This document shows positions 24,665-39,509 of a stretch of 64,000 nt of DNA, piece after piece. This DNA is from the human T2T-CHM13v2.0 reference genome, Homo sapiens: the NCBI RefSeq assembly GCF_009914755.1, contig NC_060947.1; one strand, given 5' to 3'. The notes beneath the pieces are model-generated. The model searched no databases, was not told the origin of the DNA, and was given only the letters and a program-made list of their open reading frames with translations. The translations under genes and the position numbers were made by a program. Positions within the stretch are counted from its first letter, which is position 1. Each line of letters opens with the position of its first letter.

Positions 24665-27600
24665 GGTTGTTCAGCCACAGGTGAGTAGATCACCAAGCAG
24701 GCTCTTGGGGTTCCTTATTCTGGACCTTTCCTCTTGGATGGCATTTCTGGACCTGTCCTGAGCCAGAGGGAATCTCATTGCCTTGAAGGATGTGTCCTAG
24801 ACCAGGCAACATTTACAGCAAACTGACTGAACACCCCTTGGGCCTTAAGGGACTATCAGCAATAGCTTGGCAGTACTTCCTGTGGGCCTGTGGTAGCTGT
24901 GGCCAAAGGGTGATGTTCTGCTGCTTGTAGAAAGGGGAAGGAAGAGTCCAAAAAACTGTCTCATTATTTGAGTGCCAGGCCACCCACAATAAAGTAGAAC
25001 ATCAGGCAAACTTATACAATGTTAAACTCATGGCCCTGGCTCCCAGATAGTGCCCCTGGTCCTACCCAAGGCCTGGGCCTTGGGTGAGACCGGGTGTTGT
25101 GCTGGCTTCAGGCCTGCCCCAGCACTGTCCCAGTGGTGGTGGCAACAGAGGTGCTTGTGCTATGCCACCCACAGCTCCAGATGACTCAGAGCAGAAAGAC
25201 TCCATTTGTTTGGGAGAAAGTAAGGGAAGAGAACAAGAATCTCCGGCTGGTAATCTAGAGAATTCTCCCAGATCTTGTCCAAGACTATAAAGGCAGTGCC
25301 TCTAGTCTGCAAAAACCACAATATTACTAAGCTTGTTATGCCTCCTAATGCAGATACAGCTTAGATCATACCATCCATGTCCTTTCAACTACCTGGAAAA
25401 CCTTCCCAAGAAGGACAGGTACAAAAAACCCAGACTATGAAGACAACAGTAAATACACAATTCTTCGATGACCAGACACAGATGAACATCCACAAGCATC
25501 AAGACCATCCGGGAAAAGATGACCTCAGCAAACAAAATAAATAAGGCACTAGAAACCAATCCTGGAGAAAGAGAAATATGTGACCTTTCAGGCAGAGAAT
25601 ACAAAATGGATATTTTGAGAAAACTCAGAAAAATTCAAGATAACACAGAGAAAGAATTCAAAATTCTAACAGATAAACTTAATAGATTGAAATTTTTTTA
25701 ATCAAGCAGAAATTCTGGAGCTGAAAAAAATGCATTTGGCATACTGAACAATACATCATAGTCCTTTAAGAACAAAATAGATCAAGCAGAAGAATTAGTA
25801 ACCTTAAAGACAGGCTATTGGAAAACACACAGTTAGAGAAGACAAAAGAAAAAATAAAAAACAATGAAGCAAGCCTATGGGATCTAGAAAATGGTCACAA
25901 AAGGGCGAATCTAAGAGTTATTGGCCTTAAAGAGGAGGTAGAGAAAGAGATGGGGTAAAAAGTTCATTCAAAGGGATAATATCATAGAATATCCTGGACC
26001 TAGGGAAAGGTATCAATATCCAAGTACAAGAAGGTTTTAGAACACCAAGCAGATTAAAAGCAACAAAAACTGCCTCCAGGGAGTTAAAAGTCAAACTCCC
26101 AAAGTCCACGGTTAAAGACAGGATCCTAAAAGAGGCAGAAGAAAAGAAACAAATAACATACAATGGATCTGCAATATGTCTGGCAGCAGACTTCTCAGTG
26201 AAAACCTTACAGGCCAGGAGAGAGTGGCATGACATCTTCAAGGTGCTGAAGGAAAGAAATGTTTATGCTAGAATCACATATCTGGTGAAAATATCCTTCA
26301 ATCATGAAGGAAAAATAAAGAGTTTCCAAGACAAAGAAAAGCCAAAGTCTGGTGTTTCATCAGCACGACGCTTTTCCTGCAAGAAATGCTTAAGGGAGCA
26401 CTTTCATCAGGAAAAAAAAGTGGATGTTAATTAGCAACAAGAAATCATCAGAAGGAACAAAACTTACTGGTAATTGTAAGTACACAGATAAACACAGAAT
26501 ATTGTCATTCTGTAACTGTGTTGTGTAAGCTATGCTTATCTTAAGTAGAAAACCTAAAAGGTGAACCATTCAAAAATAACTACAGGAACTTTTCAACCTG
26601 TAGGTAGTACAATAAGATATAAATAGAAACAACAAAATGTTAAAAAGCAGACGGACAAAATTAAAATGGATAGTTTGTATTAGTTTTCTTTTTCATTGTT
26701 TGTTTATGCAAACAGTGTTAAGTTTTTATCAGCTTAAAATAATGGGTTATAAGATAGTATTTGCAAGCCTCATGGTAATTTCAAATAAAAAAATGTATAG
26801 TGGATACACAAAAACAATAAGCAAGACATAAAATCATATCACCAGAGAAAATCAACTTTATGTAAAGGAAAACAAAACAGAAGGAGAACAAAATAGAAGA
26901 ACAGAAAACCACAAGAAAACAAATAACAAAATGGCTGAAATAAGTCCTTACTTAATTAGTGAAAATGTTAAGTGTAAATGGCCTAATCTCTCTAGCAAAT
27001 GACATAGAGTGGTGGAATGAAAACAAACAAACAACAAAAAAACAAGACCCAGTCATTTGTTGCGTAGAAGAAATGCACTGTACCTATAAAGACACACATA
27101 CACGTATAATAAAGGGATGAAATAGATATTCCATGCCAAGTGAAAACAAAAAAGACCATAAGTAGCTATACTTTTATCAGATGAAATATATTTCAAGAAA
27201 AAAAAACTCTAAGAAAAAAGATGACTATATAACAATAAAGGGGTCAATTCAGCAGGAGATTATAACAATTATATGCATCCAACACTGGAACATTCAGCTA
27301 TATAAAGCAAATATTATAAGAGTTAAAGAGAGAGACAGACTCCAATACAATAATACCTGAGACTTCAGCAACCCACTTTCAGTATTGGACAGATCTCCCC
27401 ACTAGAAAATCAACAAAGAGACATTAGAATTAATCTGCACTATAGAGCAAATATACCTACAGAACATTTCATTCCAGTGGCTGCAGAATACAAATTGTTT
27501 TCCTCAGCACAAAGATAGTTCATATGTTAGCTTACTAAAAAAGCTTTAGAACATCAGAAAATTGTACTAATTTCAAGTATCTTCTCTGACCACCACAGAA

Positions 27601-28550
27601 TAAAATTAGAAATCAATAACAAGAATAATTTTGGAAACTTTACAAACACATGTAAATTAAACAATATGCTCCTGAGTGACAGCAGGGTCAATAAAGAAAT
27701 TACAAAGGAAACTGAAAAATTTCTTGAAACAAATGTTAACAGAAGAGCCACATACCCAAATCTATGGGACACAGCAAAAGCAGTACTAATAGGAAAGTTT
27801 ATAGCTGTAAGTTCCTATACCAAAAATAGGAAAAACTTCAAATAAACAATCTAATGACACAGCTTAAAGAAGTAGAAAAGCAACAGCAAACCAAACCCAA
27901 AAATAATAGTAGAAAAAACACAAAGATCAGAGCATACATAAATGGAACTGAAATAAAGAAAAACGTTAAAAAAGATCAATGAAAGAAAGTTCTGTGAAAA
28001 GTTAAACAAAATTGACAAATCTTTAGCCATACTATCTAATAAAAAAAAGAGAAGACCAAAATAAATAAAATCAGAGTTGAAAAGGGAGATATTACAACCA
28101 ATAGCACAGAACTTCAAAGGATCATTAGTTGCTACCATGAGCAATTATTTGCCAATAAATTGGAAAACTCAGAAAAAAAGTATACATTCCTAGACACATA
28201 AAACCTACCAAGATTGAACCATAAAGAGATCCAAAACCTGATCAGACAAATAACAAGGAGATTGAAGCCATAATAAAAAAATCTCCCAGTAGAGAAAAGC
28301 CTAGGACCCAATGGCTTCACTGCTAAATTCTACCAAACTTTTAAAAAAGAACTAATACTAATTCTACACAAACTATTCCAAAATTATTCCAAATTTATTC
28401 TAGAAGGCTAGTATCATCCTGATTGTAAAACCAAAGACACATTAAAGAAAGGAAACTATAGGCCAATATCACTGAATATTGATGCAAAAATCCTCAGCAA
28501 AATACAAGCAAATTGAATTAAACAATACTTTAAAAAGATCATTCAACATG
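24665..28550 (+). mobile_element. L1M1/L1MA-type element: part of 5' UTR, ORF1, ORF2 N-terminal half; 3' part missing
   Basis: ORF1 peptides ETNPGEREICDLSGREYK..LRKLRKIQDNTEKEF and KTLQARREWHDIFKVLKE. Endonuclease and linker motifs continue to AAAAAGATCATTCAACATG. Confidence 0.92.
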
Positions 28551-28897
28551 CTAGGAATTTTATAGAAATAAAAAGAATGGTAAGAGAGTATCTTATAGAG
28601 TTTTACACTGGTGAAATGGAAGGCCTACATAAAGTAGACAAATTCCTAGAAATACAAACACTACCAATATTGAATCATAAAAAAAGAAAATTTGGATGTC
28701 TGTAATGGATAATGAAGATGAATCAGTAATCACAGACCAGTGAAGAAAAGTCCAAGACTGCATGGTTTTACTGATGAATTCTATGAAACATATAAAAAAG
28801 AACATCAGTCCTTTCCAAAATTTTCTAAAACTTGGAGATGATGGAACACTTCCTAAGCTCTTGTATAAAGCCAGCATTGCCATGATACAAAAGTTAG

Positions 28898-29243
<346 letters not shown>

Positions 29244-29571
29244 TACAGGCCATATTTCTTATGAATATTGATGTAAAAATCCTCAGCAAAATATCATCAA
29301 ATTAATTCAACAGCATATTAAAAGGATTATACACCATAAACAAGTAGAATTATTTCCTGGAATGTTACAACAGTACAATATTTAAATAAGTTAATGTAAT
29401 ATGCCACATTAACATAATGAAGAAAAAAAACATGATCATATCAATTAGACACAGAAAAGACATTTGAGAAATTCAACAACCTTTCATGATACAAACATTC
29501 AACAAAATATGAACAGAAGAATATTACCTCAATATAATAAAGGCTATATATGAAAAACCCACAGCTAAAAT

Positions 29572-31895
29572 TATTTTTTATTTATTTTTATTTCAATGGC
29601 TTTAGGGGTACAAGTAGTTTTTGGTTACATAGATGAATTGTATAGTGATGAAGTCTGAAACTTTTCTGCACCCATCACATGAGTAGTGTATATTGTTCTC
29701 CATAAGTAGTTTTATTTATCCCTCACTCCCCTCCCACCCTACCCACTTCTGAGTCTCCAATGTACATTATACCACTCTGTATGCCTTTGCATATCCATAG
29801 CTTAGCTCCCACTTATGAGTGAGAACAAGCAGTATTTGGCTTTTCATTCCTGAGTTATTAATATTTCATTTAGAATGGCCTCCAGTTCTATCCAAGTTGC
29901 TGCAAAAGACATTATTTGTTCTTTTTTATGACTGAGTAGTATTCAATGATGCATATATAATACTCTATGATTTTATCCACTAATTGGTTGATGGACACTT
30001 AGCTTTGTAATTGTGAATTGTGCTGTGATAAACATATGCATGCAGCTGTATTTTTTATATAATGACTGCTTTTCCTTTGGGTAGATACCCAGTATTGGTA
30101 TTGCTGAATCACTTGGTAAATTCATTTTTAATTCATTATTAATATTTTCCATAGAGGCATTACTAATTTACATTCCCACCAGCAGTGTATACATATTCCC
30201 TTTCAAACACATCCATACCAACATCTATTGTTTTTTGACTTTTTAATGATGACAATTCTGGCTGGGATAAGGTGATATTCTCATTGTGATTTTAATTAGC
30301 ATTTCCAAGATGATTAGTGATGTTGAACATTTTTCATCTGTTTGTTGGACATTTGTATATCTTCTTATAAGAAATATCAATTCATGTCATTTGTCCCTCT
30401 TTTAATGGGATTATTTGTTTTTTTCTCACTGATTTGAATTCCTTGTAGATTCTGGATATTAGTCCTTTGTCAGATGCATAGTTTACAAATGTTTTCGCCC
30501 AATCTGTTAGTTACCTGTCTAATGATTATTTCTTTTGCTGTGCCAAAGTTTTAATTAGTTCCCATTTATTTATTTTTGTTTTTGTTGCATTTGCTTTTGG
30601 GGTCTTAATTATAAATTATTTGCCTAGGCCAATGTCATAAGAGTTTTTCCTAGGCTTTCTTCTAGATTTCTTGTTTGTTTGTTTTCAGGTCTCAGATTTA
30701 TGTCTTTAATCCATCTTGAGTTGGTTTTTTGTATGTGGAGAGAGATGGGAATCCAATTTCATTCATCTACACGTGGCTATTCAGTTTTCTCAACATATTT
30801 ATTAAATAGGGTGTCCTTTCCCCAATTTATGTTTTCTATGTTTTGTCAAAGATCAGTTGGTTGTAGTATTTGGCTTTATTCCTGGGTTCTCTCTTGTGTT
30901 CCACTGCTCTATGCCATGGTACTTTTATGCCAGTACCATGCTGTTTTGGTTACTATAGCCTCATAGCATAATTTTAAGTCAGGTAACGTTATTCCTCCAG
31001 ATTTGATCTTTTTGCTTAAGATTGCTTTGGCTTTTCAGGCTTTTGTGGTTTGATATAAATTTTGTGATTGCTTTTTTGATTTTGTAAAACGATGTTGGTA
31101 TTTTGATGGAAATTGCATTGAATTTATGAGTGGCTTTTGGCAGTATGTTTATTTTTGCAATATTTATTCTTCTAATCCATGAGCATAGGATGCATTTCTC
31201 TTGGATTGCATCATATCTGATTTTTTTTTTCAGCAGTGTTTTGTAGTTATCCCTGTAGAGATCCTTTACTTCCTTGGTTAAGTATATTCCTAGGTATTAT
31301 ATTTTTTTGCAGCTATTGTGAAAGAGATCAACTTCTTGATTTAATTCCCAGCTTGACTGCTGTAGGTGTATATCCGTGCTACTGATTTGTGCACATTGAT
31401 TTTGTAACCTGAGACTTTACTAAATTCATTTATAATATCTAGAAGTCTTTTGAAGTAGTCTTTAGGGATTTCTAATTATAGAATCATATCATCTGCCAAC
31501 AGAGAAAATTTGACTTCATGTTTTGATTTGGAAGGCCTTTACTTCTTTTTTGCCTGATTCCTCTGTCTATGACTTCCAGTACTATGTTAAATAGAAGTGG
31601 GAAAGGAGGCATCCTTGTTTTGTTCCAGTTCTTAGGGTGAATGCTTTCAAACTTTTCCTGTTCAGTAGAATGTTGGCTGTGGGTTTGTCATATATGGTTT
31701 TTATTATTTTGAGGTATGTTCTTTCTATGCCTAGTTTGTTGAAAAATTTTATGATAAAAGGTTGCTGGATTTTATCTATTGCATTATCTGTGTCTATTGC
31801 AATGATTATATGGTTTTTGTTTTAAATTCCGTTTATGTGGTGAATCACATTTTTTATTTGCATATATTAAATCAGCCTGGCATCCCAAGAATAAA
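29572..31895 (-). mobile_element. 5'-truncated L1PB (L1PB1/2-like), ~2.3 kb
   Basis: 3' end TTTATTTCAATGGCTTTAGGGGTACAAGTAGTTTTTGGTTACATAGATGAATTGTATAGTG, followed by antisense ORF2 C-terminal half. Confidence 0.92.
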
Positions 31896-32626
31896 GACTG
31901 TAAGAAGAGCTAACACTATATTTATTGGTGAAAAAATAAAAAATAAACTTTTCTTTAAACATTAGGAAAATGTTAAGGATGACCACTTTCACCACTGTTA
32001 TTCAACATAGTACTAGAAATAATAGCTAGAGCAAATATAAAAGAAAAAGACTAAGGGACATCCAAATTAACAAGAAAGACACAAAATTATCTCTGTTTTT
32101 ACCCTACCGGATCTTGTATGTCAAAAACCCTAAAGATGCCATAAAAACCCTGCTAGAACTAATAAGCAAATTAATCAAAGCTGTAGGATTCAACATCAAT
32201 GCATAAAATTTAATTGTATTTTTATACATTAGCAAAAAACAATTTGGAAGAGAAATGAAGAAAGCAATTTTATTTACTCTAGTATAAAACAGAATAAAAT
32301 ACATAAAATTAAACTTAACCAAGGTGGCAAAACCCATGTAAAATAAATACTACAAAATGTTGCTGAAAGACTTGAAGAAGATACAAACATGGGAAAGATA
32401 TTGCATGTTCATGAATTGGAAGATTTAATTATTGTTAAAAATGTCAATACTTCTAAAGTAATCTACATATGCCGTACAGTCTCTATCAAAATCCCAAAAA
32501 CTTTTTTTCTTTGCAGAAATAGGAAAGTCTATATAAAGTTTATAAGGAATCATGAGTGACCATGAGTAACCAAAACCACCTCAAAAATTAAAAACTAAAT
32601 TGAAGGGTCTCACAACTCCTAATTTC

Positions 32627-35600
32627 TTTTTTTTTATTATTATACTTTAATTTCTGGGACACATGTGCAGTACGTCCAGGTTAGTTACATAGGTATACAT
32701 GTTCCTTGATGGTTTGCTGGGCCCATCAACCCATCATCTATATTAAGTATTTCTCCTAATGCCATCCCTCCCCTAGGCCCCCACCCCCTGACAGGCCCTG
32801 GTGTCTGATGTTCCCCTCCCTGTGTCCACGTGTTCTCATTGTTCAACTCCCACTTATGAGTGAGAACATGCGGTGTTTGGTTTTCTGTTCCTGTGTTTGT
32901 CTGCTGAGAATGATGGTTTCCAGCTTCATCCATGTCCCTGCAAAGTACATGAACTCATCATTTTTTATAGCTGCATAGTATTCCATGGTATATATGTGCC
33001 ATATTTTCTTTATCCAGTCTATTATTGATGGGCATTTCTGTTGGTTCCAAGTCTTTGCTATTGTAAACAGTGCTGCAATAAACATACGTGTGCATGTGTC
33101 TTTATAGTAGAAGAATTTATAGTCCTTTGGGTATATACTCAGTAATGAAATTGCTGGGTCAAATGGTATTTCTGGTTCTAGATCCTTGAGGGATCGCCAC
33201 ACTGTCTTCCACGATGGTTGAACTAATTCACACTCCCACTAACAGTGTAAAAGCGTTCCTACTTCTCCACATCCTCTTCAGCATCTGTTGTTTCCTGACT
33301 TTTTAATGATTGCCATTCTAACTGGCGTGAAATGGTATCACATTGTGGTTTTGATTTGTGTTTCTCTAAAGACCAGTGGTGATGGGTTTTTTTTCATATG
33401 TTTGTTGGCTGCAAAAATGTCTTCTTTTGAGAACTGTCTGTTCATATCCTTTGCCCACTTTTTGATTGGATTTTTTTTTCTTCTTGTAGATTTGTTTAAG
33501 TTCCTTGTAGCTTCTGGATATTAGCCCTTTGTCAGGTGGATAGATTGCAAAAATGTTCTCCCATTCTGTAGGTTGCCTGTTCACTCTGATGATAGTTTCT
33601 TTTGCTGTGCAGAAGCTCTTTAATTTAGTTAGATCCCATTTGTCAATTTTGGCTTTTGTTGCCATTGATTTCGGTGTTTTAGTCCTGAAGTCTTTGCCCA
33701 TGACTATGTCTTGAATGGTATTACCGAGGTTTTCTTCTAGGGTTTTTATGGTTTTAGATCTTACGTTTAAGTCTTTCATCCATCTTGAGTGAATTTTTGT
33801 ATAAGGTGTAAGGTAGGGGTCCAGTTTCAGTTTTCTGCATATGGCTAGCCAGTTTTCCAACACCACTTATTACATAGGGAATCATTTCCCCATTGCTTGT
33901 TTTTGTCAGATTTGTCAAAGATCAGATGGTTGTAGATATGTGGCATTATCTCTGAGGCCTCTGTTCTGTTCCATTGGTCTATATATCTGTTGTGGCACCA
34001 GTACCATGCTGTTTTGGTTACTGTAGCCTTGTAGTACAGTTTGAAGTCAGGTAGCATGATGCCTCCAGTTTTGTTCTTTTTGCTTAGGATTGTCTTGGCT
34101 ATATGGGCTCTTTTTGGTTCCAAATGAAACTTAGTTTTTTTTTTTTTTAATTTTGTGAAGAAAGTCAGTTGTTGCTTGATGGGGATAGCATTGAATCTAT
34201 AAATTACTTTGGGCAGTATGGCCATTTTCACTTATACTGATTCTTCTTATCCATGAGCATGGAATTTTTTTCATTTGTTTGTGTCCTCTCTTATTTCCTT
34301 GAGCAGTGGTTTGTAGTTCTCCTTGAAGACACATCCTTTGTAAGTTTTCACATCCCTTGTAAGTTTTATTCCTAAGTATTTTAGTCTCTCTGTAGCAATT
34401 GTGAATGGGAATTCACTCATGATTTGGCTCTCTGTTTGTCTGTTATTGGTGTATAGGAATGCTTGTGATTTTTGTACATTGATTTGTGTGATTTGTGTCC
34501 TGAGACTTTGCTGAAGTTGCTTATCAGCTTATGGAGATTTTGGGCTGAGACAATGGGGTTTTCTAAATGTATAATCATGTTACCTGCAAACAGAGACAAT
34601 TTGACTTCCTCTCTTCCTATTTGAATACGCTTTGTTTCTTTCTCTTGCCTGATTGCCCTAGCCAGAACTTCCAATACTATGTTGAATAGGAGTGGTGAGA
34701 GAGGGCATCCTTGTCTTGTGCTAGTTTTCAAAGGGAAAGCTTCCAGCTTTGGCCCATTGAGTATGATATTGTCTGTGGGTTTGTCATAAATAGCTCTTAT
34801 TATTTTGAGATATATTCCATCAATACCTAGTTTATTGAGAGTTTTTGGCATGAAGGGGTTTTGAATTTTATTGAAGGACTTTTCTGCATCTATTGAGATA
34901 ATCAAGTGTTTTTTGTCATTGCTTCTGTTTGTGTGATGGATTACATGTATTTATTTGCATACGTTGAACCAGACTTGCATCCCAGGGATGAAGCCAACTT
35001 GATCATGGTGGATAAGCTTTTTGATGTTCTGCTGGATTTGGTTTGCCAGTATTTTATTGAGGATCTTTGCATCTACGTTCATCAGGGATGTTGGCCTGAA
35101 ATTGTCTTTTTTTGTTGTATCTCTGCCAGATTTTAGTATCAGGATGATGCTGGCCTCATAAAATGAGTTAGGGAGGAGTCCCTCTTTTTCTATTGTTTGA
35201 AATAATTTCAGAAGGAATGGTACCAGCTCCTCTTTGTACCTCTGGTAGAATTTGGCTGTGAATTCATCTGGTCCTAGGCTTTTTTTTTTGGTTAGTAGGC
35301 TATTAATTACTGCCTCAATTTCAGAACTGTTTTGGTCTATTTAGGGATTCAACTTCTTCCTGGTTTAGACTTGGGATAGTGTATGTGTCCAGAATTTAGC
35401 CATTTCTTCTAGATATTCTAGTTTATTTGCATAGAAGTGTTTATAGTAGCCTCTGATGGTAGTTTTTATTTCTGTGGGATCAGTGGTAATATCCCCTTTA
35501 TACATTTTATTGTGTCTATTTGATTCTTCTCTCTTTTCTTCTTTATTATTCTGGCTAGCAGTCTATCTATTTTGTTAATCTTTTCAAAAAACCAGCTCCT

Positions 35601-36341
35601 GGATTCATTGATTTTTTGAAGGGTTTTTTTTGTGTCTCTATCTCCTTCAGTTCTGCTCTGATCTTAGTTATTTCTTGTCTTCTGCTATCTTTTGAATTTG
35701 TTTGTCCTTGCTTCTCTAGTTCTTTTAATTGTGATGTTAGAGTGTCGATTTTAGATCTTTCCCGCTTTCTCCTGTGGGCATTTCATGCTATAAATTTCCC
35801 TCTATACACTGCTTTAGCTTTGCCCCAGAGATTCTGGTATGTTGTGTTTTAGTTCTCACTGGGTTCAAAAAACTTATTTAGTTCACCTTCCTTTTGTTAT
35901 TTACCCAGTAGTCATTCAGGAGCAGGTTGTTCAGTTTCCATGTAGTTGTGCGGTTTTGAGTGAGTTTTTTAATCTTGAGTTCTAATTTGATTGCACTGTA
36001 GCCCGTGAGACTGATTGTTATGATTTCCATTATTTTGCATTTGCTGAGGAGTGTTTTTCTTCCAATTATGTGGTCAATTTTAGAATAAGTGCAATGTGGT
36101 GCTGAGAAGAATGTATCTTCTGTTGATTTAGGGTGGAGAGTTCTGTAGATGTCTATTATTAGTTCCACTTGGTCCAGAGCTGAGTTCAAGTCCTGAATAT
36201 CCTTGTGAATTTTCTGTCTTGTTGATCTTTCTAATATTGACAGTGGGATGTTAAAGTCTCCCACTATTATTGTGTGGGAGTCCAAGTATCTTTGTAGGTC
36301 TCTAAGAACTTGCTTTATTAATGTGGGTGCTCCTGTATTGG

Positions 36342-36387
<46 letters not shown>

Positions 36388-38400
36388 TTTAGGATAGTTA
36401 GCTCTTCTTGCTTCATTGATCCCTTTGCCATTATGTAATGCTCTTCTTTGTCTTTTTTGATCTTTATTGGTTTAAAGTCTGCTTTATCAGAGACTAGAAT
36501 TGCAACCCCCTGCTTTTTTTTCTTTCCATTTGCTTGGTAAATATTCCTCCATCCCTTTATTTTAAGCTTATGTCTTTTTTTACACGTGAGATGGTCTTCT
36601 GAATAGAGCACATGGATGGGTCTTGACTCTTTATCCTACTTGCTAGTCTGTGTCTTTTAATTGGGGAATTTAGCCCATTTACATTTAATGTTTGTATTGT
36701 TATGTGTGACTTTGATCCTGCTATTATGATGCTAGCTTGCTATTTTGCCTGTTAGTTGATGCAGTTTCTTCAGAATGTCGATGGTCTCTAAAACATGGCA
36801 TGTTTTTGCAGTGGTTGGTACCGGTTTTTCCCTTCTGTATTTAGTGCTTCCTTCAGGAGCTCTTGTAAGGCTGACCAGGTGGTGACAAAATCTCTCAGCA
36901 TTTGCTTGTCTGTAGGGGATTTTATTTCTCTTTCAGTTATGAAGCTTAATTTGGCTGGATATGAAATTGTGGGTTGAAAATTCTTATTTTTAAAAAATGT
37001 TGAATATCGGCCCCCAATTCTCTTCTGGCTTGTAGGGTTTCTTCAGAGACATCCGCTGTTAGTCTGATGGACTTCCTTTTGTGGTAACCTGAACTTTCTG
37101 GCTGCCCTTAACTTTTTTTCCTTCATTTCAACCTGGGTGAATCTGATGATTATGTGTCTTAGGGTTGCTCTTCTCGAGGAGTATCTTTGTGGTGTTCTCT
37201 GTATTTCCTGAATTTGAATGTTGGCCTGTCTTGCTAGGTTGGGGAAATTCTTCTGGATAATATGCTGAAATGTGTTTTCCAACTTAGTTCCATTCTCCCT
37301 GTCACTTTCAGGTACACCAATCAAATGTAGGTTTGGTCTTTTCAGATAGTCCTGTGTTTCTTGGAGGCTTTGCTCATTCCTTTACATTCTTTTCTCTCTA
37401 ATCTTGTCTTCATGTTTTATTTCCTTAAGCTGATCTTCAATCTCTGAATTCCTTTCTTCCACTTGATCAATTCAGCTGTTGATACTTGTGTATGCTTCAT
37501 GAAGTTCTCGTGCTGTGTTTTTCAGCTCCATCAGGTCATCAGTTTTCTTCTCTAAACTAGTTTTTCTGGTTATCAATTCCTCTAACCTTTTTTTTTTCAA
37601 GGTTATTAGCTTCCCTGCATTGGGTTAGAACATGCTCCTTTAGCTCGGAGGCGTTTGTTATTACCTACCTTCTGAAGCCTACTTCTGTAAATTCATCAAA
37701 CTCATTCTCCATCCAGCTTTTTTCCCTTGCTGGTGAGGAGTTGTGATCCTTTGGAGGAGAAGAGGTGTTCTGGTTTTTGGAATTTTCAGCCTTTTTCCAC
37801 TGGTTATTCCTCATCTTCATGAATTTATCTACCTTTGTTCTTCGCTGTTGGTAACCTTCAGATGGGTTTTTTGTGTAGACGTCCTTTTTGTTGATGTTGA
37901 TGCAATTCCTTTCTGTTTGTTATTTTTCCCTCTAACAGTCAGGCCCCTCTGCTGCAGGTCTGCTGGAGTTTTCTGGAGGTCCACTCCAGATCCTGTTTGC
38001 CTGGGTATCACCAATGGAGGCTGCAGAACAGCAAAGATTGCTGCCAGTTCCTTCTTCTGGAAGGGAAGCTTCATCCCAGAGGGGTACCTGCCAGATGCCA
38101 GCCAGAGCTCTGCTGTATGAGGTGTCTGTTGACCTCTGCTCAGAGGCTTCTGTCAGTCAGGAGGCACGGGGGTCAGGGACTCACTTGAGGAGACAGTCTG
38201 TCCCTTAGCAGAGCTTGAGCGCTGTGCTGGGAGATCTGCTGCTCTCTTCAGAGCTGGCAGGCAGGAACGTTTGTCTGCTGAATCTGCACCCACAGCTGCC
38301 CCTTCCCTCAGGTGCTTTGTCCCAGGGAAATGGGAGTTTTGTGTATAAGCCCCTGATTGGAGCTGCTGCCTTTCTTTCAGAGATGCCTTGTGCAGAGAGA
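32627..38400 (-). mobile_element. Near full-length L1PA7-like element (5.77 kb), truncated within the 5' UTR, both ORFs disrupted
   Basis: Ordered ORF1 (IGVPESDRENGTKLENT), EN ([10 protein letters not shown]), RT ([20 protein letters not shown]) and C-terminal (MEYYAAIKNDEF) fragments. TSD CAC(A/C)ACT(C/A)CTAATTTC at 32611-32626 and 38401-38416. Confidence 0.97.
36342..36388. repeat. (TG)n(TA)n microsatellite expanded inside the L1 endonuclease region
   Basis: Read directly. It replaces the usual GGGTGCATATATATTTAGG. Confidence 0.92.
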
Positions 38401-38444
38401 CACCACTACTAATTTCAAAACATACTACGAAATTACACCAAACA

Positions 38445-38755
38445 GGCTGGGTGTGGTGGCTGATGCCTGTAATCTCAACACTTTGGGAGGCCGAGGTGGT
38501 TGGATCACCTGAGGTCAGGAGTTCAAGACCAGCCTGATCAACATTGTGAAACCCTGTCTCTTCTAAAAATACAAACATTAGCTAGGTGTCATGGCGGGCA
38601 CCTGTAATCCCAGTTACTCAGGTGGCTGAGGCAGTAGAATTGCTTGAAACTGGGAGGTGGAGGTTGCAGTGAGCAGAGATCACATCATTGCACTCCAGCC
38701 TGGGTGACAGAGCAAGACTGCGTCTCAAAACCAAAAAAAAAAAAAAAAAAAAAAA
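38445..38755 (+). mobile_element. Full-length AluS (AluSx-like)
   Basis: GGATCACCTGAGGTCAGGAGTTCAAGACCAGCC, poly(A), and TSD core TACACCAAAC on both sides. Confidence 0.95.
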
Positions 38756-39509
38756 GAATACACCAAACGAAACAGCTTAGTAATGGCATAAAGAAAGACA
38801 TATACACCAATTGAATAAAACTGAGAGCTTAGAAATACACTTCTGTGTATATGGAAATTGTTTTCAACAAGTCTATCAAAAATATTCAAGCATGAAAATA
38901 CCATTTTTTCAATAATTAGTATTGGGAAACCTACATATCCAAAAAAAGTGAAGTTAAATTATTATTTTTTGCTAAGTACAAAAATTAATTCAAAAAGAAT
39001 CAAAGTCCTAACATAGAAGCCAACATTCTAAAATATTTGAAATAATCATAGGGTAAAAGCTTCATGATATTGGATTTGGCAACATTTTTTGACATAACAC
39101 AGAAACAAAGGCAACAATAAAAGAATAGATAAGTTGGAATTCTTCAAAATTAAAAACTTCTGTGCAATAAAAATATGATGAAATTTGCAAATCATATATC
39201 TGATAATGTATTAACATCCAGACTATATAAAAATTACCCACTCAATGAAAACATAACAACTAAATTAAAAAACTGTGCAAAGAACTTACATAGATATTTC
39301 TCTAAAGATAATATACAAATAGCCAATAAGCACACGAAAAGATGCTCAACATCATTAACCATTAGAGAAATGTAAATCAAACCCACAATTCTATGCCACT
39401 TCACACCTAATAAGATGGCTTATTATTTTTTTAAAAAAGAGAAAATAACAGATTTGGAGAAGATGTGGAGAGACTGGAACCTTTGTGCATTACTTATGTC
39501 AATGTACTT

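Noticed and set aside
34330-34370. 19-bp tandem duplication in L1 ORF2 (also small duplications at ~34481-34498 and ~55721-55740)
   Set aside because: These are ordinary slippage events in neutral repeat sequence.
32843-37324. Long minus-strand ORFs (119-166 aa) with reverse transcriptase and endonuclease motifs as a functional gene or novel RT system
   Set aside because: They are consecutive fragments of one L1PA7-like ORF2/ORF1 broken by stops and frameshifts, so this is a dead retrotransposon.
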